Positions 11,613 through 21,371 of a DNA stretch of 64,000 nucleotides are shown here, piece by piece. The notes beneath the pieces are model-generated. The model ran no database searches, was not told the DNA's origin, and worked only from the letters and a program-made list of their open reading frames with translations. A program made the translations under genes and the position numbers. Positions within the stretch are counted from its first letter, which is position 1. Every line of letters begins with the position of its first letter. The stretch is taken from contig OZ361261.1 in NCBI GenBank assembly GCA_977018835.1, positions 2,170,001 to 2,234,000 on the forward strand, read 5' to 3'. The DNA comes from Minutocellus sp. GHC0000111 (lineage: Eukaryota).

Positions 11613-12782
11613 ATGGCATTGACAAGCTTACCGAGCCAACCGGCTCTTTTCGTGCTGGTCGTCTCCCTTTCGGCAGCCAATGCATTTCTTCATCCAACGC
11701 CGGCGCATACGACAACAACGACAACAACAACAATCACACGTGTACACACATTAGAACTACCTAGGTCCGGCGTTGCGTCATTCAACATATGCCTGGAAGC
11801 CGCCAAGCTATCCGATCTACCAAAAGGCATCAACCCGTTCGAAAAGAGCGTGTCCAAATCGCTCGATGTGCAGGCCGATTTTCGGGAGAGGGCCAAGCGT
11901 GCGGTGGATGCCGCCATTGGCGATGGCGTGAAGCGGATGGAGATTGAATTCCCCCCACTTCTGGGCGGTGATCAGAGCAAGAGTCAGTTTGATGACTTTG
12001 ACAACATCCAAGAGCTCGACAAGAACAAGGATTGGACCATGCTGTTCGCCCCAATGTTTCTTGGCAAACAGGAGGAGTTCGGCAACGGCAAGACATGGTT
12101 GGTATTCCCCGACTTGAAGGAGTGCGAACTGGCTCGAGCAGAATGGGCCGGTTCGCGGTATCAAACGGCAACTTTTACGGATATCCAGGCAGCGACCAAT
12201 CATTTGGCCGGTGACGGATCGTATGATGCACCGTGGGGAGCCAATCTGGTATCTGGCGTGTCCAAGCTGATGGGAGGGTCCGATTGCGATGCCGGATTGC
12301 TCGGGGATCAGAATGCGTTGGACACTCTGGTGGAGGGGGAGAACTCGCCGGCGACTCTGGCCCTGGTGATCCAGCCGGGCAACGGCAGACCAGTCGAAGA
12401 TTGGGTCAATGTCGAAAAGATGTACGATGCCAACCCCGAAACGACCATGGTTGTCATTAATGGGGCGCTCGACAAGGTACGCGGGGGTTACTATCCCGGC
12501 GTATTCTTTCCAAAGCTCGCACAGACTGTTGACAGATTTTACAAAAAGTTCGAGTCGGTGTTTTATCTCAAGCCGATATCCGACAAGGGGGTGTACGGTT
12601 GGATCTACAGGCAATACCCAGAGCCTTGGCAGGTGGTTCTCCAAACCAGAAAACCAGACGGAAAGGGGGGCATGCTGATAGAGGACACTGTGGTTTATAC
12701 TTCGGAAGAACGGCCAGAGTACAATGACGCGGTGGCAAAGCTGGTTAGGGCCAACGCTGAAATTGCAAAAGCAGCGTCGTAA
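11613..12782 (+). CDS. LPA3: Plastid-targeted DUF1995 protein, LPA3 (low PSII accumulation 3)-like
   Basis: Signal peptide ending ANA-F plus Thr-rich transit peptide. Motifs MEIEFPPL, NGALDKVRGGYYP and WIYRQYPEPWQV are characteristic of LPA3/DUF1995. Confidence 0.8.
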   Translation: MALTSLPSQPALFVLVVSLSAANAFLHPTPAHTTTTTTTTITRVHTLELPRSGVASFNICLEAAKLSDLPKGINPFEKSVSKSLDVQADFRERAKRAVDAAIGDGVKRMEIEFPPLLGGDQSKSQFDDFDNIQELDKNKDWTMLFAPMFLGKQEEFGNGKTWLVFPDLKECELARAEWAGSRYQTATFTDIQAATNHLAGDGSYDAPWGANLVSGVSKLMGGSDCDAGLLGDQNALDTLVEGENSPATLALVIQPGNGRPVEDWVNVEKMYDANPETTMVVINGALDKVRGGYYPGVFFPKLAQTVDRFYKKFESVFYLKPISDKGVYGWIYRQYPEPWQVVLQTRKPDGKGGMLIEDTVVYTSEERPEYNDAVAKLVRANAEIAKAAS

Positions 12783-12829
12783 TAATTTGAATGCGGCATA
12801 TCTCGACCTACTTATTTATACATAATGCA

Positions 12830-14611
12830 TTACAATTCTACAGATTTTCTCCTGGCATCCGCTTCTCCTGATTCAATCAAATCCATCGCTCGAGAATGCT
12901 CGGCTTTGCGATTTTTGGCCTGAAAGTATGGGTTCTGGCCAGGTGAGCTGTAGTTGGGACAGTCATAGCAACCCGCTTGGGGACATTGCTTAGACGTGTA
13001 ACATTTGTGTCGAAGAGAGTGGTACCACGAGCTTTTGCGGTTCTGGTCGGAATCAATTCCGGCTACATGGAGCGGAATATGCGCAGCCCTTCCTCCAAAG
13101 TTTCCACGATCTCGCGCTGTCTCAAACTTTTTGAGCTCCTCATGACCAACATAGTGCATGCAGCTCACGGGGCAACTCGATACTGCCGCCTTGATCTCCG
13201 GTGATGAGCTCTGATGAAAAGCTCTGGCCCGATTGTTTTCGAGCATCGCAAATGCAGACGGTGCCACGGTGGCACACTGCATGCAACCAATACACGACTC
13301 TTCGTCGATGAACACGTTCATCCCGTCCCGAATGCGTTTCGGCGTTTTGCCGTCCGAACACATTTCAATCGATTCGTGGCTCGCCCTTTGAAGACTTGCA
13401 GAAGAGGACGAGTCGGCATCACCTTCACCTCCCCATTCCAGAATTTCGCACTCGTCGTAAATGGACGAAGACGCAGAAGACGATGTGGCACCATTGGCGT
13501 TTGCACTCGCGTTGGAGTACTCGGCATCTAGCTCGGCCTTCTTTCGTTGCCACTCCACCTCCGCTGGCGGCAGAATACCATGATTTCTCAAATCGCGCCA
13601 AACGGAGGCCACCGTAACCTCGGTCATCTTACCGCTTCCGGCCGTTTTTTTCTTTCTTGTGGCCTTCTTCTGCTCAACGTCGACGGCGCTTACGATGGCA
13701 TCCAAGTACAGCTGGTGGAACTCATCTTCTGTTAGGAAGCCCGTGCCATAGGAACCATATCGGGCGATGATGGTGCCGACTTCCTTGGCATGACGTCCGA
13801 TTGTTCCGTAGCTGTCGTCTCCGAGGGACTTGGTCAGCCAGCTGGCTACTCCATCTGCATCCATGACGGTCATCTCTTTCTCATCGTCGTTATTAGTTAT
13901 CACAGTAGCATGCTCATGAAACAATTGCATCACGGCCAGATCGAAGAAGTCGGTGGTTTTGTACCTGCTACCATCTACATCGTCCTCCTCCGTCACAAAC
14001 CGAACCATCTGCTGCCAATCGTATCGCTCCCCGTCGGTCAGTTCCGGCAGGGCCCGGCCCTCGGAAACCAAAAGCTCCGTCGGACGGTCGTTGCATCGGA
14101 TCAGCATCCCAATCTCGGCCGCCGCCCGCTCGGCGGCATCTTCGGACTTTTGGTAGTGGGCAAAGGACGACGGTGAGTCGTAAAGCGGCGGATCGCTGGG
14201 ATCGATGGAGTTCTGGATCGTTTCGATGGCCTCGGCGATGAGGTCATCTTCCCGGCTGCTGGCGGGGATTGGCGGCACCGATGCCTCGTCAAGGGAGCCA
14301 TCTGCATTCGCCGCCGCGGCCAGATCTGCCGCCGCGGCATCGGCCTCCTCCTCCATCTTCCGGGCCGCCTCGCCGGTTAAATCGGCTCCGAGAAGGGCGG
14401 CGGTGTCAATCATTCGACTTTCCGACGAGAGGCGGTCCCAATCGTCGGCGGGAGACCAGCCGGATCCTGACACCGCCGTGCTGCTACTGCCTGAGTGGGC
14501 CGCAAAGCCCAGACCCGGGCGAGCGCATGAGACGAGTAGTATGGCTGCGGCTACCGGTGCAGCGATCGATGTCGGGCGCCGGAGGGGTCGGTGTTGGTCG
14601 AAGAGGCGCAT
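12830..14611 (-). CDS. Plastid-targeted protein with 4Fe-4S ferredoxin domain (CDJ3-5/DJC76-type Fd, no J domain seen)
   Basis: Signal peptide ending GLG-F; VFIDEESCIGCMQC...AVSSCPVSC ferredoxin motif; extra C-terminal Cys cluster CYTSKQCPQAGCYDCP. Confidence 0.75.
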   Translation of the reverse strand: MRLFDQHRPLRRPTSIAAPVAAAILLVSCARPGLGFAAHSGSSSTAVSGSGWSPADDWDRLSSESRMIDTAALLGADLTGEAARKMEEEADAAAADLAAAANADGSLDEASVPPIPASSREDDLIAEAIETIQNSIDPSDPPLYDSPSSFAHYQKSEDAAERAAAEIGMLIRCNDRPTELLVSEGRALPELTDGERYDWQQMVRFVTEEDDVDGSRYKTTDFFDLAVMQLFHEHATVITNNDDEKEMTVMDADGVASWLTKSLGDDSYGTIGRHAKEVGTIIARYGSYGTGFLTEDEFHQLYLDAIVSAVDVEQKKATRKKKTAGSGKMTEVTVASVWRDLRNHGILPPAEVEWQRKKAELDAEYSNASANANGATSSSASSSIYDECEILEWGGEGDADSSSSASLQRASHESIEMCSDGKTPKRIRDGMNVFIDEESCIGCMQCATVAPSAFAMLENNRARAFHQSSSPEIKAAVSSCPVSCMHYVGHEELKKFETARDRGNFGGRAAHIPLHVAGIDSDQNRKSSWYHSLRHKCYTSKQCPQAGCYDCPNYSSPGQNPYFQAKNRKAEHSRAMDLIESGEADARRKSVEL

Positions 14612-14855
14612 GGTGGCGGCGGACTATCCCAGGGGGTATCAACTGTCAGGTAGGAATCCTAATTGGCTTATGGAATCAACTGTCAGGTAGGAGCAATCCT
14701 ACTAACCCTACTAATAGCTGTAATGATCTGCCTTGGGCGTCCTGGAATGAATGAATCTGGAATCGAATCTGGAAATCGGAACAGGCTTCGTGTCAGAAAT
14801 AATCATCACCCCGAATGAGACCGTTGAGGACTGTTCATCTTTCTTGCGGGGCGCG

Positions 14856-15077
14856 TAAAGAGCAAACTTCGCCGGCGATGATGCTATCAGTCAGAGCTGA
14901 TAGATCTATCGATATACAATTGTACTTGGCTAACTAGCCCTATAACTTAGCTAACGGTCCTCAAAGGATACCGTTGCAACGATACTTCACAAGATGAGCC
15001 ATTCGAGCCGTTGCCACTGACGTATCCACAATACGTACGGCAGACGGACGAAAACCCCGGGCTGATTTTCTCTCTAC
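14856..15077 (-). repeat. 3' LTR
   Basis: Matches 16374-16589 with 4 transitions and 3 small indels by eye. Confidence 0.9.
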
Positions 15078-16373
15078 TCCCCCTAGATCGACTACTACTG
15101 TTAGATCTAGCCTTGGGATCAGCTTCATTTCATTCAATCAATAGAATCAGATTTCAAACATATAAAAGTATAAACCGAAGTGCTTCCCGTGCAAGCTGCT
15201 TCCCGCATGTGCTTCCCCAGCGCCCTGAGACTCCAACCAAGTTGGATCTAATCTCACTGTGGGCCCGGCGGACCTCCTTGAGGCTCCGGCACTGGCTGGG
15301 TACATCCACACCGGTACGTCCAGCTCACCTACGGTACATCCACTTCTCCGCTTGGGCATCCTTCTTGACGCCCGACAGAATCTTGGTCAACATGTCGGCG
15401 ATGTTGAACTTGCCGTGGGTAAACCCCACCATCCAAATCTTGGCAGCTGAAGCCTCACGGACGGCATGGTAGTAGCAGACACCCAGGTGCTTCTTGTTGA
15501 GCTTGGCCTCCGGCATCGAAGCTCTGTTGGCGACGGACTTGTTGAAGCACCATACGACGGCTGGCCCGTCGAGCGGTGCGCCCATCATGCGCAACTTATA
15601 GAGCGCAGATCCTTGACGAACTCGAGGCAGGTCCTCATCCCAACAATCTCGGAACCGAAGGTAGAAGACTCGATGGTAGCCTGACGCTTGGAATACCAGA
15701 AGATCGGAGCTGATTGGACGAAGATCAGGATTCCGGTATGGCTGCGGCGGGTGAGACGGTCACCTGCGTGGTCGGCATCGACCCATGCGTTGATCTCGAC
15801 GGGCCTACCGAGCGGGGTGGGGGCATCGCTCGGTGCCTCCTTCGTCCACACCGAACGTCTGGAGGCAACCTCGGATGGTGTTGGCTTCAACCATTGTCTG
15901 GCGTGGAAACAAGTAATGAAAGTAGGAAAACACATGCAAACAAGGTTTATGAGATTGACATGAGCGTGCATCGCATCTGCGTGGCCTTGCCACCTGGCAG
16001 CGCTACTTTCACGACAACAGGTGCTCACTGGCATCCCTGTGTCCTCTCTTGAGCCTGCTCATTGACAATCAATGGTCGCTGCATTTACATCCCGCTCGAC
16101 GACGCACATTATGTGCCACTTTTCGTCGACATCGGCTGATCAGGCACGATGGGCGGCAAGTGTCTTTCTCTCGCCCTCCGGCGAGCCGTGCACTCTGGCA
16201 ACGGTGATGCAACACTCGATTTGTGTCCCGCACATCAAATTGCGGCCATACAGATGCGCCTCAATATCGGCACATCACAAAAAGCAACGGCAATGACAAT
16301 TCGAAAACGACGAAAACGACAAGATTCGCACATCTTATGCTCCGGTAGAGAGACTGTGGGCTGGCTGATGAAC

Positions 16374-16589
16374 TAAAGAAACTTCGCCGGCGATGATGCC
16401 ATCAGTCAGAGCTGATAGATCTATCGACATACAATTGTACTTGGCTAACTAGCCCTATAACTTAGCTAACGGTCCTCAAAGGATACCGTTGCAACGATGC
16501 TTCACAAGATGAGCCATTCGAGCTGTTGCCACTGACGTATCCACAATACGTACGGCAGACGGACGAAAACCCCGGCTGATTTTCTCTAC
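16374..16589 (-). repeat. 5' LTR
   Basis: Matches 14856-15077. Confidence 0.9.
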
Positions 16590-17172
16590 GCGCGCCAGAG
16601 CGAACGCGCTGCTGCGGGCATGCACACAAGATGACGTGTCCGTAAAAATCTCAGCAAAATGCTGGCAAAAAAGAAAGTGCTACCGCAACTTTACGCCCAC
16701 TTTCTTTCTCAAAACACGTGGCATGAAGGCTACTAATTCCTAGTACCTAAGGTGTGTCGGCGGAAAGCAGGCATGTTTTGTTCCATACACATACTAGCTA
16801 CGTACGTAGTATATGACGCATCCGACCACAAATGACACTTTCAGCATTGCCGTGTCTAAGAGCCTTACCTAGGTAGAGTGTGTGGGAAAATCCGAAACAA
16901 ATTTATCTCACAAATTCACGCACGTGGCGACGGAATGAAATTGTGTTGGGGTCAAAATCAAGATTCTATTTCCGGCATTGCAATATGTGCTTGGTCCTGG
17001 ATTCTTCAAGCAAGGCAAAGACAATACAGCCATGCCACGCATGCACCTCGACGGCACATTGAGCTCCATTCGCCCACAATAGCCAGTAACAGGTCAAGTG
17101 AAATCTCTGCCAAGTTATCAACGTTCGCCCACCGCCGCCGTCATTCTCACTACTACATATAATCACAGTATC

Positions 17173-18190
17173 ATGAGCAGTCTTCCCGGTCCTTACTACT
17201 GCGATGACGACGTCGATCTCGTCCGCCAGGTCAGTGTTGAAGGCACACACACAATATGTAACCTCAAGGGAGCGCTCGGCGCCGACGAGCTCGATGCACT
17301 CCTCGCCCTCGACAACCAAGACATTACTATCCGACCAGCTCCGATGCCCACCGCCGTCGACACGACCGTCGTCGACGCTGCCGTCGAATCTCTCCTCGAC
17401 CAGGCCCAGCAGCAGCAACAACAACAACAACAACAGCAACATCAAAATATGTCGAATACAGGTGCAGCTGCCGGCACTTTAGCCAGCCGTTCTCACCTTG
17501 GTCGTCGTCATTCCATAGGATCGATACCAATGCCGGCGATGCCAACAACAACGATGATGACCGCCCCGCATCTTCAAGTAGCAGCACCAAGCACACTCGA
17601 ACCGATCGACGTCGCGCCGCTCAACGTATTCCAACAAGATCAGTTCATTCGTGTATCGGATGACGGAATGTCATTCGATAGCCAGTATCCTGACGCTAGA
17701 CCTCCTCTGGGACGACGTCATTCGCTCCATTCTTCATCGCACATGCCTTCCCTGGAATATCTCCAACGTCAGCAGGAGCAGCCGCCCTTTCCTTTCTACG
17801 ATGAAGTAATGACGGTCCAAGTTTTTCCCGCAGCGCAGCAGCAGCAAAAGGGGGCAGCATCTACCATGGGAGTAGCTGATGACCAGAACCTCTTGATCAC
17901 CAACAATGCTTCCATAGGAGCACGATCGTCGCCAAGGTCTCCGTAAGTGCGATGCACAGAACATGATGAATACTGCCCGCTCCAGGAAGCAGATCCTCGA
18001 GAATCGCATCCTCAAGAAGTGGGATGGCACTCCCCTCATCGCCTTCGAAAAGTGCGACAAGACTGGATCGATAACGGTATCGACCGGTCCCAAGAAGGTA
18101 CGAATGACGAAACGCCGTGCTTCACTGGCTGGTAAAGCCGTTCATTCCATCCAAGATCGACGACGAATGGCCCGGAGGAGCAGCATGTAG
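17173..18190 (+). pseudogene. Internally deleted copy of the Q-rich gene at 32456-34048
   Basis: Junction at 17915/17916 joins the equivalents of 33198 and 33774. The 575-bp deletion shifts frame to a stop at 17946. The 3' part is nearly identical to copy B. Confidence 0.85.
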
Positions 18191-19135
18191 ATGGGTTTTG
18201 CTCTACGCGGACTGATACCTACCAATATTTGTACATAAACATTTTTGCAATGAGTTTTGACTATTTTACCAAACGAAGAATGATAAACTGTTGTAGATGG
18301 TCTAGCTAGAGTCTTGCTAGCTACGTACATGTACGTAGCTACAGATCTAGTAGAGTAGTAGCAGTTAGTTATGTACTTAGCCAACAACATTCTATCCTAC
18401 CGTATTCAATTCAATATTACAGAATGAGATCCAACGGCGAACAAAGACCACTGTGCCAGTAAATATAGGATGGGTGCCGGTGGCAGCATATCTGAGATAA
18501 ATTCGCCGTACGTCAATATCTGAGATAATATGCAGTGCTGGAAGCAGGAGCTGAAGCTGAAGCGCGCCGAGTATATCTAATGATCACGACATGTTCACTT
18601 TCGAGAGCATTACATGTATTGTCTATCATGTCAGACAATCCAACGAGTTTGGCGTAGTTCTGAGCTTGATCGTGAAACTGATCGGAGCGGTACCGGTAGC
18701 CGCATCACGTGTATCGAAGTGGTGTCCATAGATTCTCAGATGATTGATCATTCGTCTGGCAACATGGTGATTGGGCTGCTCTCGCGGGAAGCAGCTGCGA
18801 CGATCCACAACCACTGTTTCTCCTTGTCGACCCATGATCACTGCCGATTTTCACTGCCGAATTTTTTTGTCGATCGTTGCTGAATACATATATATGATTG
18901 CTTGAATTGGTAGCGTTGCGCTGCCACAGCACAGAATTGCATGTGCTTGTTGCCGCCGCCGTACAGTAGCTTCGCATGGCTACATGTAGCTGCACACATG
19001 TAGCCAGGCGAGTGAAGTAACAAAGGCATTGTCACAATAGCGTAGACCTCCCGCCGCCATGCATTATTTAGTTTGTCTTTCAATATGTGCAATCTTGTCA
19101 CTACTAGTCGAAGGTTAGGTTGCGCCAGTCTTTTC

Positions 19136-19903
19136 TTACAAACGACGCTGCACTACTCGTCGGCACGTCTGCCTCTTTGCAGAAATGCTCCGTCTGCTGT
19201 TCGGTCCAGCGATAACCTTGACAGATCCATCGGCCTGCCTACGAAAGGCGATCAGGGGAGTTCCGTCGGACTTGGAGATGATCGTATTCTCAAGAAGTTG
19301 CTTGCGAGAGCGGGCCGTTTTGACCACATTCTGTGCATCGCAGCGACGAAGACCTTGGCGGCGGTCATACTCCTCCAGATTCTTCATACTATCGTTGGAC
19401 TTGGCCATGAGCTCTCGGAGCTTGTCCATTGAAAAGGTTGGGAGGATGGGCGATTCTTTCTCGGTGCACTGTCTTGGGATTGTTGAACCGATGTTTTTTG
19501 GCGTGCTTGTGAACAATTTAGCATTGGGATGATGGTCGTTGTGACTTGTCGACGTAGGGGTAGAGCTGTCATTGCGAAGGATGGTATGGCATGTGTGGTT
19601 GTTGGCAACAATTCGAGCGTCAGCCTGGTTCAGATGCGCGGCCGCATTGGTTGGTGCCGGTACATGTACGGTGCGAAGGGAAATAGGGTGGAGGCCAGGG
19701 CCAGAATATCTGGGATCGCCATGACCAGAATACAAAGGAGTCGTGGACGCCGGTAGACTGAAGCGCCGAGTGGTGATCACGACATATCCACTTTCGAGAG
19801 CACTACTATTGAGCATGCCACCGAGACGGGCGTAGTTCTGAGTTGGATTGTGAGCGATGGCCCTGGCCCTGGCCGCATCGGCGGAGTGCCGTCGGTAGAT
19901 CAT
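19136..19903 (-). CDS. Diverged inverted paralog carrying the diatom 'DRRQGL..CDAQ...TARSRKQ' domain
   Basis: C-terminus MDKLRELMAKSNDSMKNLEEYDRRQGLRRCDAQNVVKTARSRKQLLEN...DGTPLIAF aligns with the C-terminus of 32456-34048. Confidence 0.7.
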   Translation of the reverse strand: MIYRRHSADAARARAIAHNPTQNYARLGGMLNSSALESGYVVITTRRFSLPASTTPLYSGHGDPRYSGPGLHPISLRTVHVPAPTNAAAHLNQADARIVANNHTCHTILRNDSSTPTSTSHNDHHPNAKLFTSTPKNIGSTIPRQCTEKESPILPTFSMDKLRELMAKSNDSMKNLEEYDRRQGLRRCDAQNVVKTARSRKQLLENTIISKSDGTPLIAFRRQADGSVKVIAGPNSRRSISAKRQTCRRVVQRRL

Positions 19904-20259
19904 TCATCTGGCAACATGGTACTGATGCTGAGATGGTGGTGTCGGGACCGATGGTAGGAAATGGCTGATGGGACCTTTAGTATCCACGAGAACAAGTTGC
20001 CCCCGTCGATTGATGATTACTGGCATTCTCACTGAATTCTCGATCGGTTATGACTACTTGCACTTGCGGACTGGCGGATGTGAGATTGATTGACGGTACC
20101 GCAGTCCGGTGGCGGTTGCACAATGCGCCGCACAGAAGTGAGGCTACTTTCCTCGCCCTGCCCATTCACAAAAACAGGCCGCATGCAACCATCACCAAAG
20201 CTACATGCACGTGTAGCTACGTAGAAAGCAATGATTGACTGATTGAAGCGGAATGTTCG

Positions 20260-20650
20260 GCGGGCGGCAGGTCATTGATGCATGCCGCACAAAGGGAGCA
20301 CGTCCTGCAGCTTCAGAAAGGCGGACGGCACCCTCCAAATTCTCATGTGGACGTGGCCGATCTCACAACCGACGTGTTGCATCTTTGAGCTGAGGTGGCA
20401 CCATGCGCGGCAGGTCATTCTGCGCCTGTGGCCTATCTCGTTGGCGTGTCACACAGCTTCAAAGGACGCCACGCATCTTCTACTTTTTCACTCGCACAGA
20501 GGGCGGCAGGTCATTCTGATGTGGTCGGGTTGGGTCCAACTTTTTCCGCAATGACCTGCCGAAATGTCTGGAAAAACGTTCTGGTTGACGTCGACTGACG
20601 TCGATCCGAAACAAAGCACATCCAGATGACCTGACGCGCAGGTCATCTCG
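20260..20650. promoter_or_regulatory. Homotypic cluster of (CG)GCAGGTCAT motifs in a divergent promoter
   Basis: Copies at ~20265, 20407 and 20503 (+), 20550 (-), and an inverted pair ATGACCTGACGCGCAGGTCAT at ~20626-20646. Retained in copy B. Confidence 0.55.
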
Positions 20651-21371
20651 AATTTGGCGGTATCATCTTGGATGGGGAACACACCTGTGTTGACCTCCAT
20701 TGGCTGGACTGTGCACGGTAGAATCTCCCGTCAGTTTGCTTTCCCACTTTCCACTCACAATTCGAAGAAGTGGCTCCTTGTGAAGCCAGTGAGTTGTTGT
20801 GATGTTTGATTCGACTTCTACTTTTTGCTTGCTACATGTAACCGCCCTCGGGCAAATTACTTCGTAATTTGCGCCCTCGGGACCTCGGTTACATTAATAG
20901 CGTCCTTTGTAATATTTTTGCGAGCTCTTCCGAGCGAAAAATATTAAATACATCAGGGTCGTTATTATAAGTACTTTCGCGCTGCTCTTGCCTCGACATT
21001 GATGCGCCGCAATTTCGCTGGTATATCCTGACCGAATGTGGCGGAACGAGGCCGAGAAAGATGGATCGCATCATTTTGTGCTTGCCTGTTCTTCAACCCC
21101 GAACTTTCTCGTTCGGCAGGACTATATTCCGCATACATGTATCATCGTGCAAGGATCACTCATGATAATTTCTCTTGTTGCTACTTTCACACTCATGGTC
21201 TTTCAATCTCATGTGGACAGTAGGTATCTGTGCCGGCCCAGTCGCGCGCATGCAATCAATCTTCCCTGATCACGTCCCATTCTCTTCCCGACGAGATAGA
21301 TACGGTTCTGAACGTCTTCTTCCATTCGCTCCATTCGTCCATCGTTTCTTCGGTCCCCCAAGAATCGAACC

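Larger units (their letters stand above)
14856..16589 (-). mobile_element. Short non-autonomous Ty1/Copia (CoDi-like) LTR element with RNase H remnant
   Basis: Direct repeats at 14856-15077 and 16374-16589. GCGCG flanks both ends (14851-55, 16590-94). PPT AGGGGGA lies next to the 3' LTR on the minus strand. Internal frameshifted Copia RNase H text: AWVDADHAGDRLTRRSHTGILIF...WYSKRQATIESSTFGSE and YHAVREA...NIADMLTK. Confidence 0.9.

Noticed and set aside
14639..14700. Short direct repeat TCAACTGTCAGGTAGGA twice upstream of the Fd gene
   Set aside because: Only two copies and absent from copy B; probably a local micro-duplication.
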